Positions 7,895 to 16,136 of a stretch of DNA of 64,000 bases are shown here, in pieces (within the stretch, counting starts at the first letter, position 1; every line of letters begins with the position of its first letter). The position numbers and the translations under genes are program-made. A model generated the notes under the pieces. It did no database searches. It was not told the origin of the DNA and was given only the letters and a program-made list of their open reading frames with translations. Source of the stretch: an uncultured Acidimicrobiales bacterium (GTDB lineage Bacteria > Actinomycetota > Acidimicrobiia > Acidimicrobiales > CATQHL01); contig CAZTZI010000033.1 in assembly GCA_964618115.1 (NCBI GenBank), forward strand, positions 12,944-76,943, in the 5' to 3' direction.

Positions 7895-8638
7895 TCACCC
7901 GATCGCTCGTCCACCGTCGACGTTGAACTCGGTGCCGGTGATCCATGTCGCCGAAGCCGACACGAGCAGGCGCACCATCCCGGCGACGTCGTCCGGCTCG
8001 CCGACCCGCCCGAGCGGGAAGATGCGCGTGAGTTCGTCGAGCATCCGGTCGTAGTCCCCGGGGTCCATGCCGGCGTCGATGTAGATGTCGCTGCGCACCA
8101 GCGACGGCCGGACCACGTTGACCCGCACGCCGTGGGGTGCCAACTCGGCGGCCAGCGCCTTCGTCAGCCCCTCGATCGCCCCCTTTGTAGCCGTGTAGCC
8201 CACGGCGTTGGCGAGCGGCCGCCGGGTCAGCATCGAACTGAAGTTGACCACGGAGCCGCGTGTCGCCTTGAGGTCGTCGAGGCACTGCTGGATCATGATG
8301 AGCGTTCCCTCGACGTTGGTGCGGAACTGCTCACGCAGCGCATCGAGGGTCAGGTCCTCGATGGACTGCTCGATGATGGTCCCCGCCGCGTTGACCAAGC
8401 CGTACACGGGTCCCAGCGACGCCCGGATCTCCTCGAGGCAGGTGGCCACCTGGGAGGGTTCGCGCACGTCATAGCTGTGGCTCTGGATATGGCCGCGCGA
8501 GGTGTAATCGCGGAGCTTCCCGGCGCGCCGGCCCACTGCGGCGACGGGATGGCCCGCGTCGGCCAGGACTTCGCAGCACCGGCGCCCGATACCGGTTCCT
8601 GCGCCGGTGACAACGACAACCCCGCTCTCGGTTGCCAT
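7895..8638 (-). CDS. SDR family oxidoreductase
   Basis: The start is trimmed to the ATG at 8638 (MATESGVVVVTGAGTGIGRR, a TGxxxGxG motif). YTATKGAIEGLTKALA provides the YxxxK catalytic motif. Confidence 0.85.
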   Translation of the reverse strand: MATESGVVVVTGAGTGIGRRCCEVLADAGHPVAAVGRRAGKLRDYTSRGHIQSHSYDVREPSQVATCLEEIRASLGPVYGLVNAAGTIIEQSIEDLTLDALREQFRTNVEGTLIMIQQCLDDLKATRGSVVNFSSMLTRRPLANAVGYTATKGAIEGLTKALAAELAPHGVRVNVVRPSLVRSDIYIDAGMDPGDYDRMLDELTRIFPLGRVGEPDDVAGMVRLLVSASATWITGTEFNVDGGRAIG

Positions 8639-8649
8639 CGAATCGCGGT

Positions 8650-9774
8650 TCAGACGGTCACGGGCAAGTCGATGCTGTAGAGCTCGGCCGCGGTCTTGTA
8701 GGCGATCCGGTCGATCGTGTCCTGGGCCATGCCCGCCACGCGGTCCTCCACGATGCTGCGCGAGTCGGGGAACGTGCAGCGCACGTGGGGGAAGTCCGAC
8801 CCCCACGAGAGGCTCATGTCCTCGCCCAGCAGGTCCACGACGTGACGCATGTAGGGGTCGTCGATGGCGGTGTGGTAGCAGCGCTTGAGGGCGAGGTCGC
8901 GCACCGGGGTGTTGAGGTCGCGCAGGCCCCAGTCCGGCGGGTAATCGTTCTCCAGCTGGTCGAGTCGGTACATGAAGTTCGGCAGCCAGGCCACCTCGTA
9001 CTCGCCGAGTTGGACCTTCAGTTCACCGAACCGGTCGAGGATGCGGCCGAAGACGAACTCGTTGGCCAGCGTCGGCTGGACCTCCTGCAGCACCGCGATC
9101 GTCATGGCGGCGGCGTCGCCGATCTCGTCGGCGTTGAGCGTGAAGGGGTCGCGCTCGTTACCGGTGATGATGTGCAGGATGATCGGGTTGTCCGTCTCGA
9201 TCGCCGTTTGCCAGAGCGGGTCGTAGGCGGGGTCGCGGTAGGGCGGGGCACCGGGCACGTTGGCGCAGAAGATCAGCGCGCCCTTCATCCCCCTGGCGGT
9301 GGTGCGTTCGATCTCGGCGCAGGCCCAGCCGACGTCGTCGGTGGGGATCATGGCGGTGGCGAGGAACCGGTCCGGGTGCGCGCCGGCGAACTCGGCGGCC
9401 CAGTCGTTGTAGGCCCGGGCGCAGTCCCGCCGCAGGTCGGCGTTGGTGATGCGCATGCCGTAGAGCATCCAGGTGGAGTTCAGGATCTCGAAGGCCACAC
9501 CGTCGATGTCGAGCGCCTTCACCCGTGCGTCGGGGTTCGCGCCGGCCTGCAGCACCAGGGCGTTGATCTCGGGGTCATCGTTGGTCTGGTCGATGATGCC
9601 CCCGCCGATGGGGATGTACTCGAGCCCCGTGAAGAACAGCGGGCCGCCCTCGACGTCGGTGATGAGCCGCGGCAGCACCTCGTCGTCCCACGACGAACCC
9701 AACGCCTTCTGCCACAGGTCGTAGGGCTCCACGAGGTGAGAGTCGGCCGAGATCAGGTGCTCGAAAGTCGTCAT
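8650..9774 (-). CDS. amidohydrolase_2 family protein (ACMSD / LigW / IDCase-type decarboxylase or hydrolase)
   Basis: I chose the ATG at 9774 because GGAGG lies 8 nt upstream; the ORF-track GTG at 9789 is the alternative. The N-terminal SADSHLVEP and C-terminal WGSDFPH metal-binding motifs are typical of PF04909. Confidence 0.8.
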   Translation of the reverse strand: MTTFEHLISADSHLVEPYDLWQKALGSSWDDEVLPRLITDVEGGPLFFTGLEYIPIGGGIIDQTNDDPEINALVLQAGANPDARVKALDIDGVAFEILNSTWMLYGMRITNADLRRDCARAYNDWAAEFAGAHPDRFLATAMIPTDDVGWACAEIERTTARGMKGALIFCANVPGAPPYRDPAYDPLWQTAIETDNPIILHIITGNERDPFTLNADEIGDAAAMTIAVLQEVQPTLANEFVFGRILDRFGELKVQLGEYEVAWLPNFMYRLDQLENDYPPDWGLRDLNTPVRDLALKRCYHTAIDDPYMRHVVDLLGEDMSLSWGSDFPHVRCTFPDSRSIVEDRVAGMAQDTIDRIAYKTAAELYSIDLPVTV

Positions 9775-9803
9775 GTAGTGCCCCTCCACTTGCTGCAGTC
9801 AAT

Positions 9804-11039
9804 GTGCGATTTGCGCCCGCCCGGCGGCAGACGCTATCCCTAATCCGCATCGCTGGTGAGTGTCAAACCGGGCATGCGGAGATCGCCGGTGCGGGCTTGG
9901 CCGGCTTGGCCACGGCGATCGCACTGGCCCAACACGGCTGGACCGTGCGCATGCACGAGGCCGCTCCGGAGTTGCGCGAGATCGGGGCCGGGCTCTACAT
10001 CTGGGAGAACGGGCTGCGCGTACTCGAGGCCATCGACATGTACGACAAGATCGAGGCGCGGGCGCATCGGGTGCCGGCCTTCGACGTCGTCGACGAGCGT
10101 TACCGGCTGGTGCACCGGATGGAGTTCTCCACCAAGCCCGGCGAGCGCCTCTTCATCGTCCTGCGCCCCGAACTGCACCGTGCCCTCGTGGACTATGCCC
10201 AGTCCCTCGGCGTCGAGATCGAGACGTCGTCCCGCGTGCTGAGCGCCGACCCTGACGGGAGCGTTCAGCTCGAGGACGGCTCACGGCACAAGGCGGACCT
10301 CGTCGTCGGCGCGGACGGTCTCAACTCCGCGGTCCGGGACTCGCTGGGCATGCTGAAGCGCAAGCGGGACCTCATCGACGGCGCCATCCGGCTACTGATC
10401 CCCCGGCGGGCCGAGGAGCGGACCGACCCCCACTTCCAGCGATGCATCGAGTACTGGCGCGGCCCGCGGCGGATCCTGTACACGCCGGCCGGACCCGACG
10501 ACGTTTACCTGTGCCTCACTTCGCAGGCCTCCGACGAGGCGGCCAAGCAGATCCCGCTCGACATGGACATGTGGCGGCCGAACTTCCCGCGCCTGGCCGA
10601 TGCGCTGGAGCGGGTGACCGGCGAGACGCCGGCCCGCTGGGATCGCTTCTCGATGGTCAAGGTCCGTGCCTGGTCGCGGGGCAGGGTTGCGATCCTGGGT
10701 GACGCCCTGCACGCACAGCCGCCGAATCTCGGCCAGGGCGCCGGGCTCGGCATGCAGGGAGGTCTGGCGCTGGCCCACGCGCTCTCGAAGTCTCCCGACG
10801 TGGTGTCCGGACTGGCGCGCTGGGAGCAGACCGAGCGGGAGATCGTGGCGCACACGCAGCGCTGGACCTGGCTCTGGGGATTGTCCTCGGCTGCGTTCCC
10901 CCATCGGATGCAGCGGGCCAGGTCGCGGTTCGTCAGCTGGGTGGCGAGCCGTGAGCGGGTCGCCCGCAACGTCAGCCGTACCGCATTCCACGTCCCGACG
11001 GGCAGCGTCCCGATCGGCGGCTGGAGCGCTGGGGACTAG
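9804..11039 (+). CDS. FAD-dependent monooxygenase, MHPCO-like, paralog 2
   Basis: AEIAGAGLAGLATAIALAQHGW, GAGLYIWENGLRVLE, VGADGLNSAVRD, RILYTPAGPDD, IPLDMDMWRPNFPRL and GDALHAQPPNLGQGAGLGM support the call, and the protein is clearly paralogous to 3546-4718. The start is uncertain: GTG 9804 is the only canonical in-frame start, has no RBS, and lies only 29 nt from the divergent gene. Confidence 0.8.
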   Translation: MRFAPARRQTLSLIRIAGECQTGHAEIAGAGLAGLATAIALAQHGWTVRMHEAAPELREIGAGLYIWENGLRVLEAIDMYDKIEARAHRVPAFDVVDERYRLVHRMEFSTKPGERLFIVLRPELHRALVDYAQSLGVEIETSSRVLSADPDGSVQLEDGSRHKADLVVGADGLNSAVRDSLGMLKRKRDLIDGAIRLLIPRRAEERTDPHFQRCIEYWRGPRRILYTPAGPDDVYLCLTSQASDEAAKQIPLDMDMWRPNFPRLADALERVTGETPARWDRFSMVKVRAWSRGRVAILGDALHAQPPNLGQGAGLGMQGGLALAHALSKSPDVVSGLARWEQTEREIVAHTQRWTWLWGLSSAAFPHRMQRARSRFVSWVASRERVARNVSRTAFHVPTGSVPIGGWSAGD

Positions 11040-12142
11040 CCGCCCCGGACGAACGGGATGCCCAGCGCTGCGGGTTGGCGGACCCTGACGATGAGGCCGC
11101 CCAGCACGGCGATCGTCAAGGCGTAGGGGAACGCCAGCCACAGCAGCGACGGCAGACTCACCTGGGGCTCGAAGATCGCCAGCAGGAAAACGCCGACGAA
11201 GGAAACCAGGGCGACGGCGAGTTCGGGCGTGAGTATCGGGTGCGCGGCCGCCAGGTAGGCGGGGCGACGGCGCTCCAAGGTGAGGCGCTGCACGATGAAC
11301 GCCAGGATCAGCGCACCCAGCACGATCCAGACGCTGCGCGGCACGAAGGTCTCGGCCTGGAGGCGCAACTGCAGGGCGTCGGCCGCGCCGAACAGCGCAG
11401 CTGCGGCTGCCACCCCGAGCGGGCGCCACCCGCCCACGATCACCGCGGCGAGCGCCAGGAACCCCCGCCCCGCGGTCATGCCGTCGAGGAAGGTGCCGAC
11501 GAGCCCGATCGACAGGAACGCACCGCCGAGACCGGCGAAGGCGCCGGCGATGAGGACGCCCTGCCAGCGGAGTGCCCGCACGCTCACGCCGGCGGTCTCG
11601 TCCGCCTCGGGAAGCTCGCCCGCCGCCCGCATCCGGAGCCCCCACGTGGTCTTGTAGAACATCACCCACACCACCGGCACCAGCAGCAGCGCGATGTAGA
11701 CGAGCGGGATCTGGCTGAACAGCGCCGGCCCGATCACCGGGATCTCCTTCAGCCCGGGGATCTCGAGACGTGCCATGCGATCGATGAACAGATCCGGCTG
11801 GTTCTGCGAATACTTCTGGAAGGCGAACGCGGACAGGCCCGCGCCGAGGATGTTGAGCGCCACGCCGACCACGATCTGATCGGCACCCGCACCGATGGAC
11901 GCGAACGCCATGATGACGGCCAGGAGCACGCCTGCCAGGACGCCGGCGAGCACGCCGAGCCACGGGTTCCCGAATTCGCCGCCGGCCCAGAAGCCGGCGA
12001 ACGCTCCGACCAGCATCATGCCCTCGAGGCCGATGTTGAACACGCCGGCGATCTCGGAGATCAACTCGCCGAGGGCGACGAGTATGAGCGGGCTGGCGAT
12101 GAGTATCGCGGCGCGGAGGAATTCGCTATCGAACGGGGGCAT
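11036..12142 (-). CDS. ABC transporter permease (BMP/nucleoside-type, BPD_transp_2), transporter T1
   Basis: 368 aa and multi-TM. It contains the motif GVFNIGLEGMMLVGAF. Its start overlaps the upstream permease stop, and its 3' end overlaps the end of 9804-11039 in convergent orientation. Confidence 0.85.
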   Translation of the reverse strand: MPPFDSEFLRAAILIASPLILVALGELISEIAGVFNIGLEGMMLVGAFAGFWAGGEFGNPWLGVLAGVLAGVLLAVIMAFASIGAGADQIVVGVALNILGAGLSAFAFQKYSQNQPDLFIDRMARLEIPGLKEIPVIGPALFSQIPLVYIALLLVPVVWVMFYKTTWGLRMRAAGELPEADETAGVSVRALRWQGVLIAGAFAGLGGAFLSIGLVGTFLDGMTAGRGFLALAAVIVGGWRPLGVAAAAALFGAADALQLRLQAETFVPRSVWIVLGALILAFIVQRLTLERRRPAYLAAAHPILTPELAVALVSFVGVFLLAIFEPQVSLPSLLWLAFPYALTIAVLGGLIVRVRQPAALGIPFVRGG

Positions 12143-13244
12143 CTTCCTGCTCCGCCGTTCCCCGCCGCGATGCGGCCCGGGCCTCCAGCCGGCGGGTGAG
12201 GATCACCGAGGTGGCGACCAGGACGACGATGATCCCCTGGGTGATGAAGATCATCTCCGACGGCACATCGGCGCGGACCTGCATGACACTGCCGCCCGTG
12301 TCCAGGATGGCGAACAGGGCGGCCGCGGCGACGCAGCCGACGGGCGAGTTCCGGGCGACGAGGGCCACCACGATGCCGGTGAACCCGATGTTCCCGGCGA
12401 ACCCACCCGACAGGACGTTGCGCTCACCACCGATGACCAGGGCGGTGCCGCTCAATCCGGCCAGCGCTCCCGAGAGCACGAAGCTGAGGACGATCGTCCG
12501 CACCGTCTGGACGCCGGCATGGCGAGCCGAGGTGGGATTCTCGCCGGCCAGCCGGAGCTTGTAGCCGAAGGTGGTCCGGTTGAGCACGAAGACGATGATC
12601 AAGACAGCGGCGACCGTCAGGAACACCTCTGCCGTGAACGGTGTCCTGTCGACGAGAGCCGGCCATCGGTACTCCGGCGGCAGGGGTCGGGACTGGAACG
12701 CCGAACTGGACAGGTCGTGGAGCGGCCCACGGACGATCCAGAGCAGCACCTGGGTGGCGATGAAGGTGAGCATCAGGGTCGAGACGATCTCGTTCACGCC
12801 GCGCTTGGCCCAGAGGACGGCCGCGATGGCGGCGAACAGCGCTCCCGCGGCCATGCCGGCGAGAGTCGCCACGATGAGGGCGAGCGCCGGCGGCAACGAG
12901 GGGCCCTCGAGTGCGATGTAGGCGGAGACGATGCCTCCGGCGATCATCTGGCCCTGGAGTCCGAGATTCACCTTGGCGCCTCGGAACGCTACGATCCAGC
13001 CGAGCGCGACGAGCACGAGGGGAGACATGCGCGCCGCGGTGATGGCGATGCGCTCCCGGGTGCCCAGCGAGCCGTCGAGCAGCGCAAGGAGTGCGTCGAC
13101 CGGCGATCCGCCCGTGGCGGCGATGATGCCAAGAGAGATGGCAACCCCGGCGATGACCAGGACGATTGCCAGCAGGACGTTGACAGCGGGGTCGCGGACC
13201 CGCCCCGAGGTGATGAACCGATGGATTGCGGCCGAGGAGGTCAG
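12126..13244 (-). CDS. ABC transporter permease (BMP/nucleoside-type), transporter T1; start codon non-canonical or uncertain
   Basis: The TM-rich sequence contains AKVNLGLQGQMIAGG. No in-frame ATG/GTG/TTG lies between the ATPase stop (13241-13243) and the first TM helix. The in-frame CTG at 13244-13242 forms a CTGA junction with the ATPase stop. The ORF-track start GTG 13544 would overlap the ATPase by about 300 nt. Confidence 0.7.
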   Translation of the reverse strand: MTSSAAIHRFITSGRVRDPAVNVLLAIVLVIAGVAISLGIIAATGGSPVDALLALLDGSLGTRERIAITAARMSPLVLVALGWIVAFRGAKVNLGLQGQMIAGGIVSAYIALEGPSLPPALALIVATLAGMAAGALFAAIAAVLWAKRGVNEIVSTLMLTFIATQVLLWIVRGPLHDLSSSAFQSRPLPPEYRWPALVDRTPFTAEVFLTVAAVLIIVFVLNRTTFGYKLRLAGENPTSARHAGVQTVRTIVLSFVLSGALAGLSGTALVIGGERNVLSGGFAGNIGFTGIVVALVARNSPVGCVAAAALFAILDTGGSVMQVRADVPSEMIFITQGIIVVLVATSVILTRRLEARAASRRGTAEQEDAPVR

Positions 13245-14809
13245 CGTGCCACCGCTTCCAACATCGTGGCCTCGTCCTCCTCCGCGATCGCCTCTCCTCC
13301 CATCAGCAACCCGAGTCGCGCGTACGTCGCCTCGTTGCGATCGAGCGTGGCGAGGAGCTTGCCGTTCACCATGACCGCAACGCGGTCCGACAGCAGCAGG
13401 ATCTCCTCGATCTCTGTGGAGAAGAGCACGATGGCGCAGTCGCGTTCCCGCTCGGCCTGCAGGCGGGACAGCACCGTCTCGGTTGCTCCCACGTCGAGAC
13501 CTCTCGTGGGTTGGGAGGCGATGAGCAGCGGTGGCCGCCGGCACAACTCACGTGCCAGCACGGCTTTCTGCTGGTTCCCGCCGGAGAGATGCCGCATCTT
13601 CACCCGGGCATCGGGCGTGCGGATGTCGTACTCGGCGATGAGGTCGGAGCAGAACTGGTCCACCGCTGCATCGTTGATGACCCCCCAACGCTGCATCCGG
13701 CCCAGCGCCAACTCCTTCATGACGAGGTTGTCGCGGACCGAGAGTTCCAGAGCGAGACCTGTGTGATGGCGATCCGCGGGGATCACCGACCCGCCGAGGC
13801 GGTAGAAGTCGAGCGGCGACATCGCCGTGAGCCAATCGCCGGTGTATCCCAGCCGGCCGCTCGTCGGGGCGCGCAGGCCGGTCAGCACCTCGGCGAGTTC
13901 CTGCTGGCCGTTCCCGTCGACGCCGGCGATGCCGAGGATCTCTCCGGCTCGAACCTCCAGCGAGATCCCGTCGAGAGACAGACGGCCGTCCGGCTCCACC
14001 AGGCTGATGTCCTCGGCGACCAATGCGACCCGGCCGCGCTCGCGTTCGGTTACCTGCACGTCGAACATCACATCGCGCCCGATCGTCATGCGGGCGAGTT
14101 CGGCCTTGTCCGTGTCGGCGACATCGACGGTCCCGACGACGTGTCCCTGGCGCAGGACCGTGCACCGGTCGGCGATACCCATCAGCTCGTCGAGCTTGTG
14201 GGTGATGAGGATGATCGCATGACCCTTGCCGGCGAGGTTGCGGAGTATCCGGACGAGGTGTTCCCACTCCAGAGGCGTGAGCACGGAGGTGGGCTCGTCG
14301 AGGATGAGAATCTCGGCGCCGCCGTGGAGCAGCTTGATGATCTCGACTCGCTGGCGCGCCCCTACCGAGAGGTCCTCCACGAGCGCGTCGGGGTCGACAT
14401 CGAGATGGTACGTCTCGGACATCTCGCGCACGCGGGCGCTGATCCCGCCGATGTTGGCGAAGACGCCCCGCGAGCCGATGCTGCTCAGCGCCAGATTCTC
14501 GGCGACCGTGAGGGTCGGTGCGAGGGCGAAGTGCTGGTACACCATGCCGATCCCGAGGTCCCGGGCGTCGGCCGGCTTGCGGATGCGAGCCGGCCGCCCG
14601 TCGACCTCGATCGAACCCTCGTCGGGGTCCAGCATCCCGCTGACGATGCTCATCAGCGTGGACTTGCCGGCGCCGTTCTCCCCGAGGATCGCCAGGATCT
14701 CGCCGCGACGCACGTCGAGCGAGACCCCGGCGTTCGCCGTGACCCCCGGGAAGTGCTTTGTAATTCCGGTCAGTTTGAGCCGGATGCCGCCCTCTTGGGC
14801 CGAGGTCAC
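13241..14809 (-). CDS. ABC transporter ATP-binding protein (two fused NBDs), transporter T1
   Basis: The start is trimmed to GTG 14809, which forms a GTGA overlap with the SBP stop. It has Walker A GENGAGKST, two signature regions (LSVGARQRVEI and LSGGNQQKAV) and Walker B ILILDEPT. Confidence 0.85.
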   Translation of the reverse strand: MTSAQEGGIRLKLTGITKHFPGVTANAGVSLDVRRGEILAILGENGAGKSTLMSIVSGMLDPDEGSIEVDGRPARIRKPADARDLGIGMVYQHFALAPTLTVAENLALSSIGSRGVFANIGGISARVREMSETYHLDVDPDALVEDLSVGARQRVEIIKLLHGGAEILILDEPTSVLTPLEWEHLVRILRNLAGKGHAIILITHKLDELMGIADRCTVLRQGHVVGTVDVADTDKAELARMTIGRDVMFDVQVTERERGRVALVAEDISLVEPDGRLSLDGISLEVRAGEILGIAGVDGNGQQELAEVLTGLRAPTSGRLGYTGDWLTAMSPLDFYRLGGSVIPADRHHTGLALELSVRDNLVMKELALGRMQRWGVINDAAVDQFCSDLIAEYDIRTPDARVKMRHLSGGNQQKAVLARELCRRPPLLIASQPTRGLDVGATETVLSRLQAERERDCAIVLFSTEIEEILLLSDRVAVMVNGKLLATLDRNEATYARLGLLMGGEAIAEEDEATMLEAVAR

Positions 14810-15897
14810 CTCGCGGTGACTTCGGACGGCAACTGCAGCGAGCCGTCCTTGATGGCCGCGACCGTGCCGGTGGCCAGCGCCACCAACTCCGCGTCCTGGT
14901 AGCCGGAGCACAGGTTGAAGAACTGGATCGACTCGTCCTCGAGGCCGTACGCCGCGGTGCGCGGCGGCAGCGTGCCGTTGGCGAAGTCGCCGATGGCCGC
15001 GGTCACCATCGCGGGGATGTCCGACACGTTGTTGCCGACGATGTTGTCGCCACGATCGCACCGATCGACCACCGGGCTGAACAGCAGCACCTCTGACGTC
15101 GCTTCGTCAGCCGCCTGCTGGAGCCCGACGAAGCCGGCATCCACGAAGCCGTACAGGATGTCGACCCCGGACGCGATCTGGGCCGCAGCCGCCTGCTGGG
15201 TGCCGGGCACGTCGGAGTAGCTGGACACGACGGTCTCGACGACCTCGATGTCGGGGTTGACCGACCGGGCGCCCTGGGTGTAGCCGGCCAGAGCGGTGCG
15301 CTCGATCGGGAACGTGGGACCGGTGATGTAGCCGATCTTGCCCGTCTCGGAGAGCGTTCCCGCGATAACGCCCATCGGGTAGGTGGCCCAGCCATAGACC
15401 GTGACGTAGCCGTAGATGTTGTCGGGTACGTCACCCTGGGCGAAGAATCCCGACGTGATGATGTAGGTGGTGTCGGGGTTCTCCTCGGCGACGGGTAGCA
15501 CCGACCCGAAGACGGTGATGTCGGCCACCACCAGGTCGTGCTCCTCGGTGAGGTTGCGGATCGCATCGCCTGCCGCGGTCTCGTCGCCGCCGAGATTGTC
15601 GACGATCGACGGGTTGCCCCCGTAGGCGACGACACCCTCGTAGACGCTCTGGAAGTAGGCCTGGTCGTTGCGCGGTCCACCGAGCGCCAATCCGAACGAG
15701 ATCCCTTCCTCGGCCGGCTCGGCGGGCGCGGGTGGCGGCGGTTCCGGTGGCGGAGGCGCAGGTGCTTCCGTCGGTGCAGGCGCCGGCGGTGGCGCGGGCG
15801 CCGCTTCCTCCTCGTCATCCCCGCAGGCCGCGGCGACCAGTGCGAGGATGGCGAGCAGTGCGATCAGCAATTTAGGAGTCTGTCTACGCGGTTTCAT
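14806..15897 (-). CDS. BMP family ABC transporter substrate-binding lipoprotein, transporter T1
   Basis: The signal peptide and lipobox LVAAAC-G are followed by a Pro/Ala/Glu linker, then a BMP/PnrA-like body (ISFGLALGGPRNDQAYFQS...). The RBS AAGGGAAAGGAA is present. Confidence 0.85.
   Translation of the reverse strand: MKPRRQTPKLLIALLAILALVAAACGDDEEEAAPAPPPAPAPTEAPAPPPPEPPPPAPAEPAEEGISFGLALGGPRNDQAYFQSVYEGVVAYGGNPSIVDNLGGDETAAGDAIRNLTEEHDLVVADITVFGSVLPVAEENPDTTYIITSGFFAQGDVPDNIYGYVTVYGWATYPMGVIAGTLSETGKIGYITGPTFPIERTALAGYTQGARSVNPDIEVVETVVSSYSDVPGTQQAAAAQIASGVDILYGFVDAGFVGLQQAADEATSEVLLFSPVVDRCDRGDNIVGNNVSDIPAMVTAAIGDFANGTLPPRTAAYGLEDESIQFFNLCSGYQDAELVALATGTVAAIKDGSLQLPSEVTAR
15700..15819 (-). 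repeat. low-complexity Pro/Ala/Glu linker-coding segment in lipoprotein SBP
   Basis: It encodes DDEEEAAPAPPPAPAPTEAPAPPPPEPPPPAPAEPAEE directly after the lipobox Cys. Confidence 0.8.
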
Positions 15898-16136
15898 GGA
15901 AGTTCCTTTCCCTTTGCAGCCATGTGGCCTGTCCCCTCGGAAGTCGGCGGCAGTCTAGGGCGAACGGTTTCGGGCGATCAAACGACGGCCGCTGTCGCTC
16001 TCAGGGTGCCGGGCTGGTGTAGCGACTCGTTCGATCTGGCATCACTCCGGATCTTGCGGTAGTGTCCGCCGCGCAAAATTCGGTTGGGCCGCGATCCGGA
16101 AGAGGTGCCGGCCGACTGGCAAGAAGGGGACGGGAC

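Noticed and set aside
9775-9803. A 29-nt gap between divergent genes, seemingly too short for two promoters, which might indicate mis-called starts or a hidden element.
   Set aside because: It is most simply explained by uncertainty in the plus-strand start (GTG 9804 has no RBS) and by promoters lying inside the neighbouring coding regions. No additional structure was seen.
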